Origin: an uncultured Chloroflexia bacterium
Lineage (GTDB): Bacteria > Chloroflexota > Limnocylindria > QHBO01
DNA: 64,000 bases
Assembly: GCA_963827475.1 (NCBI GenBank)
Contig: CAWHAZ010000004.1
Location: 160,001 to 224,000, forward strand
Direction of reading: 5' to 3'
The position numbers were made by a program, and so were the translations under genes. The notes beneath the pieces are model-generated. The model saw nothing but the letters and a program-made list of their open reading frames with translations, searched no databases and had not been told where the DNA came from. This document shows, one piece after another, positions 9,958-23,433 of the stretch (within the stretch, counting starts at the first letter, position 1; the number at the start of each line of letters is the position of its first letter).

Positions 9958-10623
9958 TCAGGCCGAGGCCTTCACCGGCAGCGCCTTGGGCTGCTGCTCC
10001 GCCCGCTGCTTGATGCCCTCGAGCTGCTTGCGCAGCACGAAGAACATCCCGAAGCCCATCATCGGCAGGGTGTGCCGCATCCACGGCTTGTCGGTCTCGC
10101 CGAATCGGAACCGGATTCGCTCGATGAGCCGGGTCTGGTTGCCCGGCAGCTCGTCCAGGATGAAGGCCCACGTCGCCGCGAAATCCATCGGGCTCTTCTG
10201 GCCGGATTGATCGCTGGCCATGTCGGCGTCGATGTACAGCACGAGCGCCTGCTCCGGGTCGATCCGGCGCACGACCAGTCCGCTCGTCGGATTGGCCGGC
10301 ACGGTGTCTCCCTCGGCCAGCGACTGGAACTCGGGCCGGATCTCCGTCGAGCTGGCACCGGTATCCATCGAGTCGAAGCTGTACCAGCCGCCACGGCCGT
10401 ATCCCATCTGGACCAGCCACGGCCAGACCGATGCCGGTGGCGCGTCGATGGTGATCGCCCGGGTCTCGCCGCCCGCGGCGTCGGGCAGGATCTCGTCGCC
10501 GGGAAGGGTTCGAGCCGCCTCTTCGGTGCTCGTCCCCCAGGTCCGGAACGGCTGGACGGCAAACCGATAGGTGAGGGCGGCCACGCCGGCGAGGGCGGCC
10601 AGCCCGATGATGAGCTTTCGCAT
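9958..10623 (-). CDS. SRPBCC/START-fold protein with N-terminal TM segment
   Basis: [37 protein letters not shown]. Confidence 0.75.
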   Translation of the reverse strand: MRKLIIGLAALAGVAALTYRFAVQPFRTWGTSTEEAARTLPGDEILPDAAGGETRAITIDAPPASVWPWLVQMGYGRGGWYSFDSMDTGASSTEIRPEFQSLAEGDTVPANPTSGLVVRRIDPEQALVLYIDADMASDQSGQKSPMDFAATWAFILDELPGNQTRLIERIRFRFGETDKPWMRHTLPMMGFGMFFVLRKQLEGIKQRAEQQPKALPVKASA

Positions 10624-10698
10624 GGGGACCTCGTGGATTGGGGAACTGTTTGCGTTCAGACTCGCCTGAATCGCGCGAGCGCGCAAGTCGCGCCCGGC

Positions 10699-11646
10699 TC
10701 AGCCCTCGACCATCGGCTTGACCTCGCCGATCCACCGCTCCAGCGTCTCGGCGTCATACGGCGCGGCGACCTCGGCGATGAACGTGTCGAACCCCAGGCC
10801 CCGCGCCTCGACCATGCGCTCCGCGATCTGGTCGGGGGTGCCGATCCAGAACGTGTCGTCGTCGGCCACCTCGCGCATCGGCGTCCGGTTGTGCGCCATC
10901 TGCGCCTCCCAGGCGCGGCGAGCGTCGGCCTCCGTGTCCCGGATGACCGGCTTGCACCCCACCGTGAGCTCGATCTCGGCGATGTCCCGCCCGACAGCGG
11001 CGCAATGCTCCTGCAGGACGGAAACCTTGTGTCGGAGGAACTCGGTGCTGCCCATCGCGTTCCACATGTCGGCGTACATCGCCACCGTCCGCAGCGTCTT
11101 CTTCTCTCCGGATCCGCCGATCATGATCGGGAGGTGAGGCTGGACGGGTCGCGGCAGCTGCTGGAGGTGGTCGAACCGATAGCGTCCGCCCGGTGGACTG
11201 GTGGCGGCCTCACCGTCGAGGACGGTGCGCATCGCCGCCACCGCCTCGTGCAGCCAGTCCAGCCGCTGCCCGTGCCCGGTGCCGAACTCGAGGCCATGGG
11301 CCCGGTGCTCGTGCCCGAACCACGCCCCGCCCAGGCCGAGGATGGCGCGACCACGGCTGATGTGATCGAGGGTGGTCGCCATCTTGGCCACCACCCCCGG
11401 GTTGCGGAAGGTGTTCGCCCCGACCAGCAGCCCGAGCCGGACCCGCTGCGTGACCTCCGCCCAGGCGGCCAGCGTCATCCAACCCTCGAAGATCGGCTGG
11501 TCCGGATCACCGAAGATGGCGTGCAGGTGGTCCCAGGCCCAGACGTGCTCGTAGCCGAGCGCCTCGACCCGGCGCGCCACGGACTCGAGGGACTCCCAGT
11601 CGGTGGCCTGGCTCCAGGGGAGGATTCCGAGCCGCACCTCAGCCAT
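10699..11646 (-). CDS. LLM-class (luciferase-like), probably F420-dependent, oxidoreductase
   Basis: WAWDH, TLDHISRGRAILGLGGAW, PIMIGGSGEKKTLR..A..ADMWN. Confidence 0.85.
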   Translation of the reverse strand: MAEVRLGILPWSQATDWESLESVARRVEALGYEHVWAWDHLHAIFGDPDQPIFEGWMTLAAWAEVTQRVRLGLLVGANTFRNPGVVAKMATTLDHISRGRAILGLGGAWFGHEHRAHGLEFGTGHGQRLDWLHEAVAAMRTVLDGEAATSPPGGRYRFDHLQQLPRPVQPHLPIMIGGSGEKKTLRTVAMYADMWNAMGSTEFLRHKVSVLQEHCAAVGRDIAEIELTVGCKPVIRDTEADARRAWEAQMAHNRTPMREVADDDTFWIGTPDQIAERMVEARGLGFDTFIAEVAAPYDAETLERWIGEVKPMVEG

Positions 11647-11651
11647 CGGGC

Positions 11652-12680
11652 TCAGCGCTCGACCGTGATGGCCTCGGCCTCTTCCTCGTCCTCGCCGTGC
11701 GCCCCCCAGAACGTCATCTCCTCCACCAGCTCGACCTCGGACGAGAAGAGCGCGCCGACGCTCTCGCCGCGATGGATGCGGCGGATCGCCTCGCCGAACA
11801 GCGGCGCGACCGACAGGACGGTGATCCGCTCCGATTCGATGTCGTCGGGAAGCGGAATGGTGTCGGTCACGATCACCTCGCGCAGGGCGGAGGCCTCGAT
11901 GCGCTCGAGGGCTGCCCCGGAGAACACGCCGTGGGTCGCGCAGGAGTACACGTCCCTGGCGCCTTCGCTGATCAGCGCGTTCACCGTTTCGATCAACGAG
12001 CCACCGGTGTTGATCTCGTCGTCGATGATGACCGCCGTCCTGCCATCGACCTCACCGATGACGTTCTTCAGCTCGGCCTGGTCGTCATTGGCCTGCCGCC
12101 GCTTCTCCACGATGGCCAGCGGCGCTCCGAGCTTTTCGGCGAAGCTCCGCGCCTTCTTCGCGAATCCGAGCTCGCTGACCACGACCAGGTCCTCGAGCCC
12201 CAGGCCGGTGACGTACTTGGCCAGCATGTCCACCGCGGTCAGCTCGTCGACCGGGATCGAGAAGAAGCCCTGGATCTGGCCCTGGTGGAGGTCCATGGTG
12301 AGGACGCGGTCCGCCCCGGCCACGGTCAGCATGTCCGCGATGAGGCGGGCGGTGATCGGGACGCGGGGCTGGTCCTTCTTGTCGGAGCGGCCGTAGGCGT
12401 AATACGGGATGACCGCGGTGATCCGCCCCGCGCTGGCCCGCTTGAAGGCGTCGATCATGATCAGCAGCTCCATGATCGAGTGGTTCACCGGGCGGCAGGT
12501 GGGCTGGACCAGGAACACGTCCTGCTCGCGGACGTTCTCGAGAATGCGGACGAAGATGTTCTCGTTCGCGAACTGGAAAACGTCGGCCTCGCCCATCCGG
12601 GTCCCGAGGTAGCGGCAGATATCCTCAGTCAGCGGCCGGTTGGCGTTGCCCGAGTAGATGCTGAACTCGTCGGCGTACAA
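11652..12680 (-). CDS. prs: ribose-phosphate pyrophosphokinase
   Basis: IPYYAYGRSDKK, DLHQGQIQGFF, IIDDEINTGGS, THGVFSG; TTG start assumed. Confidence 0.95.
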   Translation of the reverse strand: MYADEFSIYSGNANRPLTEDICRYLGTRMGEADVFQFANENIFVRILENVREQDVFLVQPTCRPVNHSIMELLIMIDAFKRASAGRITAVIPYYAYGRSDKKDQPRVPITARLIADMLTVAGADRVLTMDLHQGQIQGFFSIPVDELTAVDMLAKYVTGLGLEDLVVVSELGFAKKARSFAEKLGAPLAIVEKRRQANDDQAELKNVIGEVDGRTAVIIDDEINTGGSLIETVNALISEGARDVYSCATHGVFSGAALERIEASALREVIVTDTIPLPDDIESERITVLSVAPLFGEAIRRIHRGESVGALFSSEVELVEEMTFWGAHGEDEEEAEAITVER

Positions 12681-12735
12681 CGGCTCGCTCCGTGCTCGAT
12701 GCCGGACGGGAGCCCGGCCGGCCGATTCTAGCGCG

Positions 12736-15243
12736 TCACTCCTCGGTCTCGGATTCCTCGGGCACCCCTTCGTCCACGAAGACGGCAATCGAGATGATCC
12801 GATCCCCGTCCGCGGGACGCATGACGGTGACCCCGCGTGACGCCCGGCGGTACTGATTCACGCTCGCCACCTCGGTCCGCAGCATCGTGCCCTCCTCGGT
12901 GATGAGCATGACCTCTTCGTCCTCGCGGCCCACCAGTCTCACCGCGGCCACCTTGCCCGTGTCCTCGTTCAGCGAGTTGGCGATCACCCCGCCGGTCGCC
13001 CGGTGCTTGATCGGGAAGTCGCCGACATCGGTGCGCTTGCCGTAGCCCTGCTCGGTCACCACCAGCAGCTGCTGCGTCGGGTCCCGGATGACCTCCATCC
13101 CGATGACCTCGTCGTCACCCTTGAGCCGAATGCCGGTCACTCCCCTCGTGTCCCGGCCCATGGCCCGCACCTCCTTCTCCACGAAGCGGGCCGCCTGGCC
13201 GTTGCGGGTGGCGATCACGATGTCGTTCGAGCCGTCCGACAGATCGACCCACCGGAGCTCGTCCTTGTCGACCAGGTTGATCGCGATCAGGCCGTTGGCC
13301 TTGATCCGCGCGTAGTCGGCCAGCGACGTCTTCTTGATGTGGCCGCGCCGGGTGGCCATCACCAGGTAGTGGTCCGGCTCGAAGCGCGGCAGGGCGATGA
13401 TCGCGCTGACGTACTCCCCGCTCTCCACCTGGACGCCGGGCAGGTTGATGATCGGCAACCCCTTCGCGTTCCGGCTGGCTTCGGGCAGGGCGTGGACCTT
13501 GGTGATGAACACCCGGCCTCGGTTGGTGAAGAACAGGATGCTGTCGTGGGTGTTGGCCACCAGCAGGTAGCGGACCGCATCCTCCTCACGGGTGATCATC
13601 GCCAGCTTGCCCTTGCCGCCGCGGCGCTGGGATCGGAAGGTGCGGATCTGCTGGCGCTTGATGTAGCCGCGCTGGGACAGCGTGACCACCACGTCCTCTG
13701 CGGTGATCAGGTCCTCGGCGGAGAGCTCCCGGTTGGCGTCATCCCAGATCCGCGTGCGCCGATCCTCACCGTACTTCCTCCGGAGATCGGCGAGCTCGTC
13801 CTTGATGACCTGCAGGATCTTGCGCGGGTTGGCCAGCAGGTCCTCGAGCTGGCCGATGAGGCGGATGACCTCCTCGTACTCGTCCTCGATCTTTTTGCGC
13901 TCGAGGGCCGCCAGCCGGCGCAGCTGCATCTCCAGGATGGCGTTGGCCTGCGCCTCGCTGAGCTTGAACTGCTTGATCAGGGCCTCGCGTGCGGCATCGG
14001 CGTCGGCCGCCTTGCGGATGGTGGCGATGACCGCGTCGAGGTGGTCGAGCGCGACCTTCAGCCCCTCGAGGATGTGTGCCCGTTCCTGGGCACGGGCCAG
14101 GTCGAACTCGGTTCGGCGTCGGATGACGTCGCGCCGGTAGGTGATGTACTGCTCGAGCATGCGCTTGAGCCCAAGCGTCTGCGGCTGGCCGTCGACCAGG
14201 GCCAACATGTTGGTCGAGAAGCTCGATTCGAGCGCGGTGTGCTTGAAGAGCTGGGACATCACGGTGTGCGGCGAGCCATCGCGCTTCACTTCGACCACGA
14301 TCCGCATGCCGTCGCGGTCGGATTCGTCGCGAATGTCGCTGACATCGGTCATCTTCTTCGCGCCGACCAGGTCCGCCATCTTCTCGATCAGGGTCGTCTT
14401 GTTGACCTGGTACGGCAGCTCGGTGATGACCACAGCCATCCGGCCCGGGCGGACCTCCTCGAGCGCCACCTGCCCGCGCATGACGACCCGGCCGCGGCCG
14501 GTGGCGTACATGTGCCGGATCGCGTCGATCCGCTCCTTCTCGCCGGCGATCGAGCGCTGGTCCGCGTAGCGGAAGACGGTGCCGCCGGTCGGGAAGTCCG
14601 GCCCGGTGACGATCTCGCACAGCTCGTCGACGGTCGACTCGGGCTCGTCGATGAGCTTCTCAACGGCGTGGCAGATCTCGACCAGGTTGTGGGGCGGGAT
14701 GTTGGTCGCCATCCCGACCGCGATCCCGGTGGACCCGTTCACGAGCAGGTTCGGCAGCCTGGCCGGCAGGACGGTGGGCTCCTGCAGGCGGCCGTCGAAG
14801 TTGTCCATGAAGTCGACCGTTCCTCGGTCGAGGTCGGCCAGCATTTCGTCGCTGATCGGCGCCAGCCGGGCCTCGGTGTACCGATAGGCGGCCGCCGGGT
14901 CACCGTCGATCGAGCCGAAGTTCCCCTGGCCGTCGACGAGCGGGTAGCGCAGGCTGAAGTCCTGCGCGAGGCGGACGAGCGCGTCGTACAGGGCGACGTC
15001 GCCGTGAGGGTGGTACTTGGCGAGGGCCTCGCCCACCACGCCGGCGCACTTGCGATAGGCCGATGTCGAACGCAGGCCCATCTCCGACATCGTGTACAGG
15101 ATTCGGCGGTGAACCGGTTTCAGCCCGTCGCGGACGTCCGGCAGCGCGCGGGCGACGATGACCGACATCGCGTAGTCGATGTACGCCGAGCGCATCTCCT
15201 CCTCGATGGAGACGTTGCGCACGGTGCCCAGGTTGTCGTCCAC
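12736..15243 (-). CDS. gyrA: DNA gyrase subunit A
   Basis: [28 protein letters not shown], GyrA-box QRRGGKG. Confidence 0.97.
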   Translation of the reverse strand: MDDNLGTVRNVSIEEEMRSAYIDYAMSVIVARALPDVRDGLKPVHRRILYTMSEMGLRSTSAYRKCAGVVGEALAKYHPHGDVALYDALVRLAQDFSLRYPLVDGQGNFGSIDGDPAAAYRYTEARLAPISDEMLADLDRGTVDFMDNFDGRLQEPTVLPARLPNLLVNGSTGIAVGMATNIPPHNLVEICHAVEKLIDEPESTVDELCEIVTGPDFPTGGTVFRYADQRSIAGEKERIDAIRHMYATGRGRVVMRGQVALEEVRPGRMAVVITELPYQVNKTTLIEKMADLVGAKKMTDVSDIRDESDRDGMRIVVEVKRDGSPHTVMSQLFKHTALESSFSTNMLALVDGQPQTLGLKRMLEQYITYRRDVIRRRTEFDLARAQERAHILEGLKVALDHLDAVIATIRKAADADAAREALIKQFKLSEAQANAILEMQLRRLAALERKKIEDEYEEVIRLIGQLEDLLANPRKILQVIKDELADLRRKYGEDRRTRIWDDANRELSAEDLITAEDVVVTLSQRGYIKRQQIRTFRSQRRGGKGKLAMITREEDAVRYLLVANTHDSILFFTNRGRVFITKVHALPEASRNAKGLPIINLPGVQVESGEYVSAIIALPRFEPDHYLVMATRRGHIKKTSLADYARIKANGLIAINLVDKDELRWVDLSDGSNDIVIATRNGQAARFVEKEVRAMGRDTRGVTGIRLKGDDEVIGMEVIRDPTQQLLVVTEQGYGKRTDVGDFPIKHRATGGVIANSLNEDTGKVAAVRLVGREDEEVMLITEEGTMLRTEVASVNQYRRASRGVTVMRPADGDRIISIAVFVDEGVPEESETEE

Positions 15244-15267
15244 GGTCAGCCGGCCCTGGCTCGCGCG

Positions 15268-15294
15268 TGTCGCATATGTCGCGTATGTCGCATC
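15268..15294. repeat. 9-bp tandem repeat x3 (TGTCGCATA/TGTCGCGTA/TGTCGCATC)
   Basis: Read directly in the gap between the thioesterase gene and gyrA. Confidence 0.7.
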
Positions 15295-15790
15295 AAGGCT
15301 GGACCGGTCCGTTCGTCAGCGCGGAGCCCGGCCCTGTTGGCCGCCAGCCATACCGCTCCTTCAGTGCAGCCTTCTGGGTCGGGGAGGCGCCCAGGTAGGT
15401 CCCGGTGGCCTCCGCCACCAGGCGCTCGCCGGAGCGCACCTCGCCGCGCACCTCGTAGATCCGTCGCCGGCGGGAGTCGACCCAACCCTCGGCTCGCAGC
15501 TCCTCCCCGGGGCTCGCCGGCTGGTGAAAACGGACCGCGAACGAGGCGGTCACCGCCCACGCGTCGTCGCTGGACGGGGCCCAGGCCATGACCTCGTCGA
15601 GCACGGTGGCCAGCAGGCCCCCATGGACGCGATCGCTCCACCCGACATCATCGGGCCGCGGGATCCAGGTCGCGCTGGCGCGCCGCTCGCCGAGCTCGAT
15701 GCGGAGGCCCAACCCGATCGGGTTGGTCGTGCCGCAGGCGAAGCAGTGGTGGTCGGCAAAGCCGTATCGCAGTTCCGCTGGCTCGGTCAC
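15293..15790 (-). CDS. PaaI/hotdog-fold thioesterase
   Basis: [24 protein letters not shown]; GTGA overlap with the upstream gene. Confidence 0.85.
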   Translation of the reverse strand: MTEPAELRYGFADHHCFACGTTNPIGLGLRIELGERRASATWIPRPDDVGWSDRVHGGLLATVLDEVMAWAPSSDDAWAVTASFAVRFHQPASPGEELRAEGWVDSRRRRIYEVRGEVRSGERLVAEATGTYLGASPTQKAALKERYGWRPTGPGSALTNGPVQP

Positions 15791-16026
15791 CACGACGCCT
15801 CGTCCTCCCAGAAGTCGTCCCCGTACGAGTCGCGACCGCCGCGCAGGCAGTGATCCGCGATGGCGAGGGCAAACGCGTGCGCGACCGCGTACCCATCCCG
15901 CAGGAAGTTCACCGCGTCGCGCCGGTCTCCGATGCCGTTGGCCTCGAGCAGCGCGCACCAGTCCTCCAGCGTGCGGCCGGTCTTGGCCTCGACCTGGCGG
16001 ATGTCGGCGGAGTGACGGGATGGCAT
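15787..16026 (-). CDS. DUF4287-like small protein
   Basis: IRQVEAKTGRTLEDW..L pattern; 79 aa between gyrB and the thioesterase. Confidence 0.65.
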   Translation of the reverse strand: MPSRHSADIRQVEAKTGRTLEDWCALLEANGIGDRRDAVNFLRDGYAVAHAFALAIADHCLRGGRDSYGDDFWEDEASW

Positions 16027-16037
16027 CGGTCGTCCTC

Positions 16038-18905
<2,868 letters not shown>

Positions 18906-18913
<8 letters not shown>

Positions 18914-19661
18914 GAGCGGTTACCTCGGCGGCAAGGGCCTCGTAGGCATGGGCCCCGCGGGAGGCGGGGTCGTACAGCGCGATCGGGAGACCGTGGCTGG
19001 GGGCCTCGCTGAGGCGCACGCTGCGCGGTACGACGGTGTCGTACACGGTGCCATCCAGGTGCCGCCGCACCTCGTCCGCGACCTGGGACGACAGGCGCGT
19101 GCGCTTGTCGAACATGGTGATCACCACGCCCTCGATCTCGAGTCGAGGGTTGAGTGAGCTTCGGATGAGGCGGATGGTGTTCACCAGGTTTCCCAATCCC
19201 TCCATGGCGTAGAACTCGGCCTGGATGGGGATCAGCACCCCATCGGCAGCCGTCAGTGCGTTCACCGTGAGCAGCCCGAGTGACGGCGGGCAGTCCACCA
19301 GCACACGGTCGTATCGTCCGTCGACGCCGGCCAGGCTGGCCGCCAGCCGATGCTCTCGGGCGGTCAAGCCCACCAGCTCGATCTCAGCGCCCGCCAGCGT
19401 CGGCGATGCTGGAACCAGGTCCAGCCCTCGAATGGCGGTCGGTTGTGCGATGTCCGATATGGCGACTCGATCGATGAGCGCGTCGTAGATCGTGCCCGTG
19501 GTGCGGTCGGCGCCCAGCCCGGTCGACGCATTGCCCTGCGGATCCAGGTCGATGACGAGGGTGCGGGTGCCTCCAAGGGCCAGATACGCCGCCAGATTGA
19601 TGACGGTGGTCGTCTTTCCGACGCCGCCCTTTTGATTGGTACAGGCTGTAACCCTAGCCAC
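18906..19661 (-). CDS. parA: chromosome partitioning ATPase ParA/Soj
   Basis: NQKGGVGKTTT, DLDPQGNA, DCPPSLG, PRSVRLSEAPSHG. Confidence 0.95.
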
Positions 19662-19742
19662 GAACGCTCCGTTGCGAGTTCCCGCGGGGCACGGTCAATT
19701 GTAGCAGTTTGGGGCCTTTTCGGCCGATTACCACGCGATCAA

Positions 19743-19758
19743 TGTTTCACGTGAAACA
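19743..19758. promoter_or_regulatory. parS: parS centromere site TGTTTCACGTGAAACA
   Basis: Perfect consensus palindrome, extending to 20 bp (19741-19760), about 80 bp upstream of parA. Confidence 0.93.
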
Positions 19759-19855
19759 TTGGGATCGTGCTCCGGAGAGGCCGGTCGGCCAGGTCGAAGC
19801 GCACCTATACTGTCCTGCGACACGGCAAGCTCGCAGCAACCCCTGGGAACCGCCA

Positions 19856-20365
19856 ATCAACCTCCTCAGCGCCATTCTTGCCCTCGCCACTGGCGTCATT
19901 CATGCCAGCCTCGCCCCGCTGCTGGCCATGGGTGATGTGAGACCCAATCTCATTCTGGCGGCTGTCGTTGCCGTGACCGCGCTCTTCGGGCTCGGGGCTG
20001 GAGCGACCTGGGCCTTCATCGGCGGCTTGACCGCCAATCTGCTCACCACCGACCCGCTGGGAGCCATCCCGCTCGGGCTGCTCCTCGTCGTCGGCCTGGT
20101 TGCGCTCCTGGCAGGTCCGCTCGGGCGTCGACGCACCGTGCTGGCCCTGGTTGGGGGTCTGGCCGGCAGCGCGCTGCTGGACCTCGCGGACGTGGCGTTC
20201 CTGCTCCTTGAGGGAGGCTCTGCCCCGGGCCTGGGCATCGGCGGCGTGATCCTGCTCGTCCTGCCGACGGCAATCGCGAATGGGATCCTCGCCGCGGCCC
20301 TCTTCCTCGCCGCGCGCGCCGGCGCCAGTCGGGTCGGCTCCGAATTGCCGGCGAGCTGGGGATGA
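19856..20365 (+). CDS. mreD: rod shape-determining protein MreD (start uncertain, possibly ATC)
   Basis: Hydrophobic; PNLIL, GATWAFIGGL..LL...PLG; ATGA overlap with pbp2. Confidence 0.75.
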   Translation: MNLLSAILALATGVIHASLAPLLAMGDVRPNLILAAVVAVTALFGLGAGATWAFIGGLTANLLTTDPLGAIPLGLLLVVGLVALLAGPLGRRRTVLALVGGLAGSALLDLADVAFLLLEGGSAPGLGIGGVILLVLPTAIANGILAAALFLAARAGASRVGSELPASWG

Positions 20366-22275
20366 GCACCGCATTCGAGCAGCCGGACCTGCCGCGTCGC
20401 GGCGCCCGCTTCATCGCCTTCGGCGTGATCGCGGTGATCCTGTTCTCGATCATTGCCGGACGGCTTTTCCAGCTGCAGGTGATCGAAGGCGCGGTCCGCG
20501 CCGAGCAGGCGGAAGCGGCGCATTCGGTGACCATGGCGGTTCCTTCGCAGCGCGGCCTGGTCTTCGACCGGGAGGGCCGGCCGCTGATCGTCAACGTCCC
20601 GACGTGGACGGTGGGGGTGCGGCCGGCGGACCTGCCGGCGCACCGTCGGCAGGCGGTCCTCGATCGAGTGGCGGCCCTGACCGGGCAGACGGCGACGGAC
20701 CTCGAGACCAAGCTGGGCGCCTTCAACGGCTCACCCTTTGATCTCGTGCCGCTCGTCGACGGCATCGACCGGCAGGTGGCGCTGGTCCTGTCCGAGGAGG
20801 CGGCCGCGCTGCCGGGGATCGAGCTGCAGGTCGTCCCGCAGCGGCAGTACCTCAACGAGCGGGGAGAGGCCGATGGGACGCTGCTGTCCCACATCGTCGG
20901 CTACACCGGTCCGATCAACGGCACCGAGTTCGAGGAGCTGGCCGGCGAGGGGTATCTGCACGACGACCCGATCGGGCGGACGGGGATCGAGGCCGCGTTC
21001 GAGGCCGAGCTGCGCGGGGAGTACGGGTCTGCCCTGTGGGAGCGCGACGCCACGGGGCGGCGGGTGAAGCTCCTCGACCAGACTGAGTCCCCGGTCGCGG
21101 GGCGCAACCTGGTCCTGACCATCGATGCGCGGCTCCAGCGCCTGGCCACCGAGTCGCTGCTGTGGGGCATGCGGGAGGCAAACGTCAGCCAGGGGGTCAC
21201 GATCGTGATGAATCCCCAGACCGGCGAGATCCTGGCCATGGTCTCGCTGCCGTCGTACGACAACAACGCGTTCGCCTCGGGGATCCCCGACGAGCTCTAC
21301 CAGTCCTACCTGGCGGATCCGAACCTGCCGCTGCGGAACCACGCCATTGCCGATATCTACCCGCCGGGGTCGACCTTCAAGCTGGTGACCGGATTGGCTG
21401 CGCTCCAGGAGGGCGTGACCACCCCGACGCGGCGATGGCAGACCTACGGCTGCTACCAGATCCCCGGCGCGCCGGCCGGCGACTGCCTGTCCGACTGGAA
21501 CCGGCGCGGGTTCGGTCCGTTGAACATGGACGAAGCGTTCGCGCGCAGCTCCGACACGTTCTTCTACCAGATGGCGGTCCACCTCGGCGTCGACCGCCTC
21601 GCGAAGTGGGCGTACGAGCTCGGCTTCGGGGAGCCGACCGGGATCGAGCTGCCGAGCGAGGCGGCGGGGATCATCGCCTCGACCGAGTGGGCCCACAGCC
21701 AGGGCCGCGCAGGGGTGTTCACCGGGGAGCTGGCCCAGGCCGGCATCGGTCAGAACGTGATCGCGGTCACCCCGCTCCAGCTCCTCAACGCGTACGCCGC
21801 GCTGGCGAACGGCGGCCACCTGATGCGTCCGCAGATCGTCCTCGGCGAGGCGGACGCGGAGGGAAACCTCATCGAGCGCTACGAGCCCGAGGTCCTCCAC
21901 GAGGTGGCCGCGGATCCGGCCAACCTGCAGCTGATGAGCATCGGCGCGCGCCACGTGATCACCACCGGCCACGCCTACAACATCGGCGCGCTGCGCGTCC
22001 CCGGGACGCTGTCGGGGAAGACGGGGACCGCGGAGTTCGGGCTCCCCAACGCCGAGGGCCACCTGCCCTTCCACTCGTGGTTCGTGGCCTACCTGCCGTC
22101 CGCGCCGGGCGCGACCGACGCCGAGCTGGCGGTCATGACCTTCACCTACCGGGCCGTGGTCCGCGGCAATGTCTCGACCGAGGTCGTGAAGTACTTCCTC
22201 CAGCAGTATTTCCAGCTCGACCAGGACCTCCGCCTCGACCCGGTCACCCTCCGGCTGCTGAGCGGCGGGAACTGA
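20362..22275 (+). CDS. mrdA: penicillin-binding protein 2
   Basis: RLFQLQV, RGLVFDREG, PGSTFK (SxxK), SSD (SxN-like), KTGTAE. Confidence 0.95.
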   Translation: MSTAFEQPDLPRRGARFIAFGVIAVILFSIIAGRLFQLQVIEGAVRAEQAEAAHSVTMAVPSQRGLVFDREGRPLIVNVPTWTVGVRPADLPAHRRQAVLDRVAALTGQTATDLETKLGAFNGSPFDLVPLVDGIDRQVALVLSEEAAALPGIELQVVPQRQYLNERGEADGTLLSHIVGYTGPINGTEFEELAGEGYLHDDPIGRTGIEAAFEAELRGEYGSALWERDATGRRVKLLDQTESPVAGRNLVLTIDARLQRLATESLLWGMREANVSQGVTIVMNPQTGEILAMVSLPSYDNNAFASGIPDELYQSYLADPNLPLRNHAIADIYPPGSTFKLVTGLAALQEGVTTPTRRWQTYGCYQIPGAPAGDCLSDWNRRGFGPLNMDEAFARSSDTFFYQMAVHLGVDRLAKWAYELGFGEPTGIELPSEAAGIIASTEWAHSQGRAGVFTGELAQAGIGQNVIAVTPLQLLNAYAALANGGHLMRPQIVLGEADAEGNLIERYEPEVLHEVAADPANLQLMSIGARHVITTGHAYNIGALRVPGTLSGKTGTAEFGLPNAEGHLPFHSWFVAYLPSAPGATDAELAVMTFTYRAVVRGNVSTEVVKYFLQQYFQLDQDLRLDPVTLRLLSGGN

Positions 22276-22278
22276 CCG

Positions 22279-23412
22279 ATGGGCGTCGCGGTCTCCACCA
22301 TCGAGGTCAACGCCACACGGCGCTGGCGCGACTTCGACTGGCAGCTGACCCTGTACCTGGTCCTGCTCCTTGGCTTCGGCATCGTCCTGGGCACGTCCGC
22401 GTCGTGGAACGAGGCCGCGCTTCCCGGCGCGGTGCCACAGCCGGTCAAGACGGTCATCTGGACCGTCCTCGGCTTCAGCCTGATGGTCGTGGCGGCATCG
22501 GTCGACTACCACTGGCTGCGGACCTTCGCCGTCCCGATCTACGTGTTCACCCTCGGCCTGCTCGTCGTCAACCTGCTCATCGGCTCGTCGGCCTCCGGGG
22601 CTCAGCTGTCGGTGACCATCGGCGGCCTGGACTTCCAGTTCTCGGAGATCTCGAAGGTCCTGATGGTCGTAGTGCTTGCCGCGTTCCTGGCGGGGCGAGG
22701 CCAACGGATCGGCCGGCTGTCGACGATCCTCGGTGCCGGTCTGTTGACGGCGCTGCCGACGGCGCTCGTCCTGCGCCAGCCGGACCTGGGGACCGCGCTG
22801 GTGTTCATCGCCATCCTGGGCGGGATGCTGTTCATCAGCGGGGCAAGCATCGGCTGGATGGCGCTGCTGCTCGGTGTGGCGGTGGCCCTCACCCCGGTGG
22901 CCCTCGGTCGCCTGGCGGACTACCAGGTCGCCCGGCTGCTGTGCTTCCTCGATCCCGCTGCCGACCCGCAGGGCGCCTGCTACCAGCTCATCCAGTCCCT
23001 GAACGCGGTCGGCTCCGGTGGCTGGCTGGGCCAGGGCCTCACCGCCGGCCAGGCCAACCAGCTCGGCTTCCTGCCCGTCCAGACCACGGACTTCATCTTC
23101 ACCATCGTGGCCGAGGAGCTCGGCCTGGCGGGCGGGCTCATCCTGCTCGCCCTGTTCGGGTTGCTGCTGTGGCGGATCGCGCTCATCGGCTGGCAGGCCC
23201 GCGACGGCCTCGGCCGGCTGGTGGCGATGGGGCTGGCGACCATGCTCCTGTTCCAGGTCATCGTGAACATCGGGATGGTCATCGGTCTGCTGCCGGTGAC
23301 CGGCATCCCGCTGCCGCTCATCACCTACGGCGGGTCGTCGACGGTCTCGATCCTGTTCGGGATGGGCATCGTCCAGTCCGTGCGGATGCACACCCGGACC
23401 GAGCGCTTCTAG
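22279..23412 (+). CDS. rodA: SEDS peptidoglycan polymerase RodA
   Basis: QFSEISK, QPDLGTA, TDFIF..AEELG, PVTGIPLPLITYGGSS. Confidence 0.95.
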   Translation: MGVAVSTIEVNATRRWRDFDWQLTLYLVLLLGFGIVLGTSASWNEAALPGAVPQPVKTVIWTVLGFSLMVVAASVDYHWLRTFAVPIYVFTLGLLVVNLLIGSSASGAQLSVTIGGLDFQFSEISKVLMVVVLAAFLAGRGQRIGRLSTILGAGLLTALPTALVLRQPDLGTALVFIAILGGMLFISGASIGWMALLLGVAVALTPVALGRLADYQVARLLCFLDPAADPQGACYQLIQSLNAVGSGGWLGQGLTAGQANQLGFLPVQTTDFIFTIVAEELGLAGGLILLALFGLLLWRIALIGWQARDGLGRLVAMGLATMLLFQVIVNIGMVIGLLPVTGIPLPLITYGGSSTVSILFGMGIVQSVRMHTRTERF

Positions 23413-23433
23413 CGCGCCTCCCGGCGCGCGAGG

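Noticed and set aside
7062-10013. Very long antisense or alternative-frame ORFs (also 9544..12396, 13003..15591, 15588..18365, 20731..23391, 36021..38660)
   Set aside because: These are shadow ORFs of high-GC3 genes on the opposite strand and show no motifs of their own.
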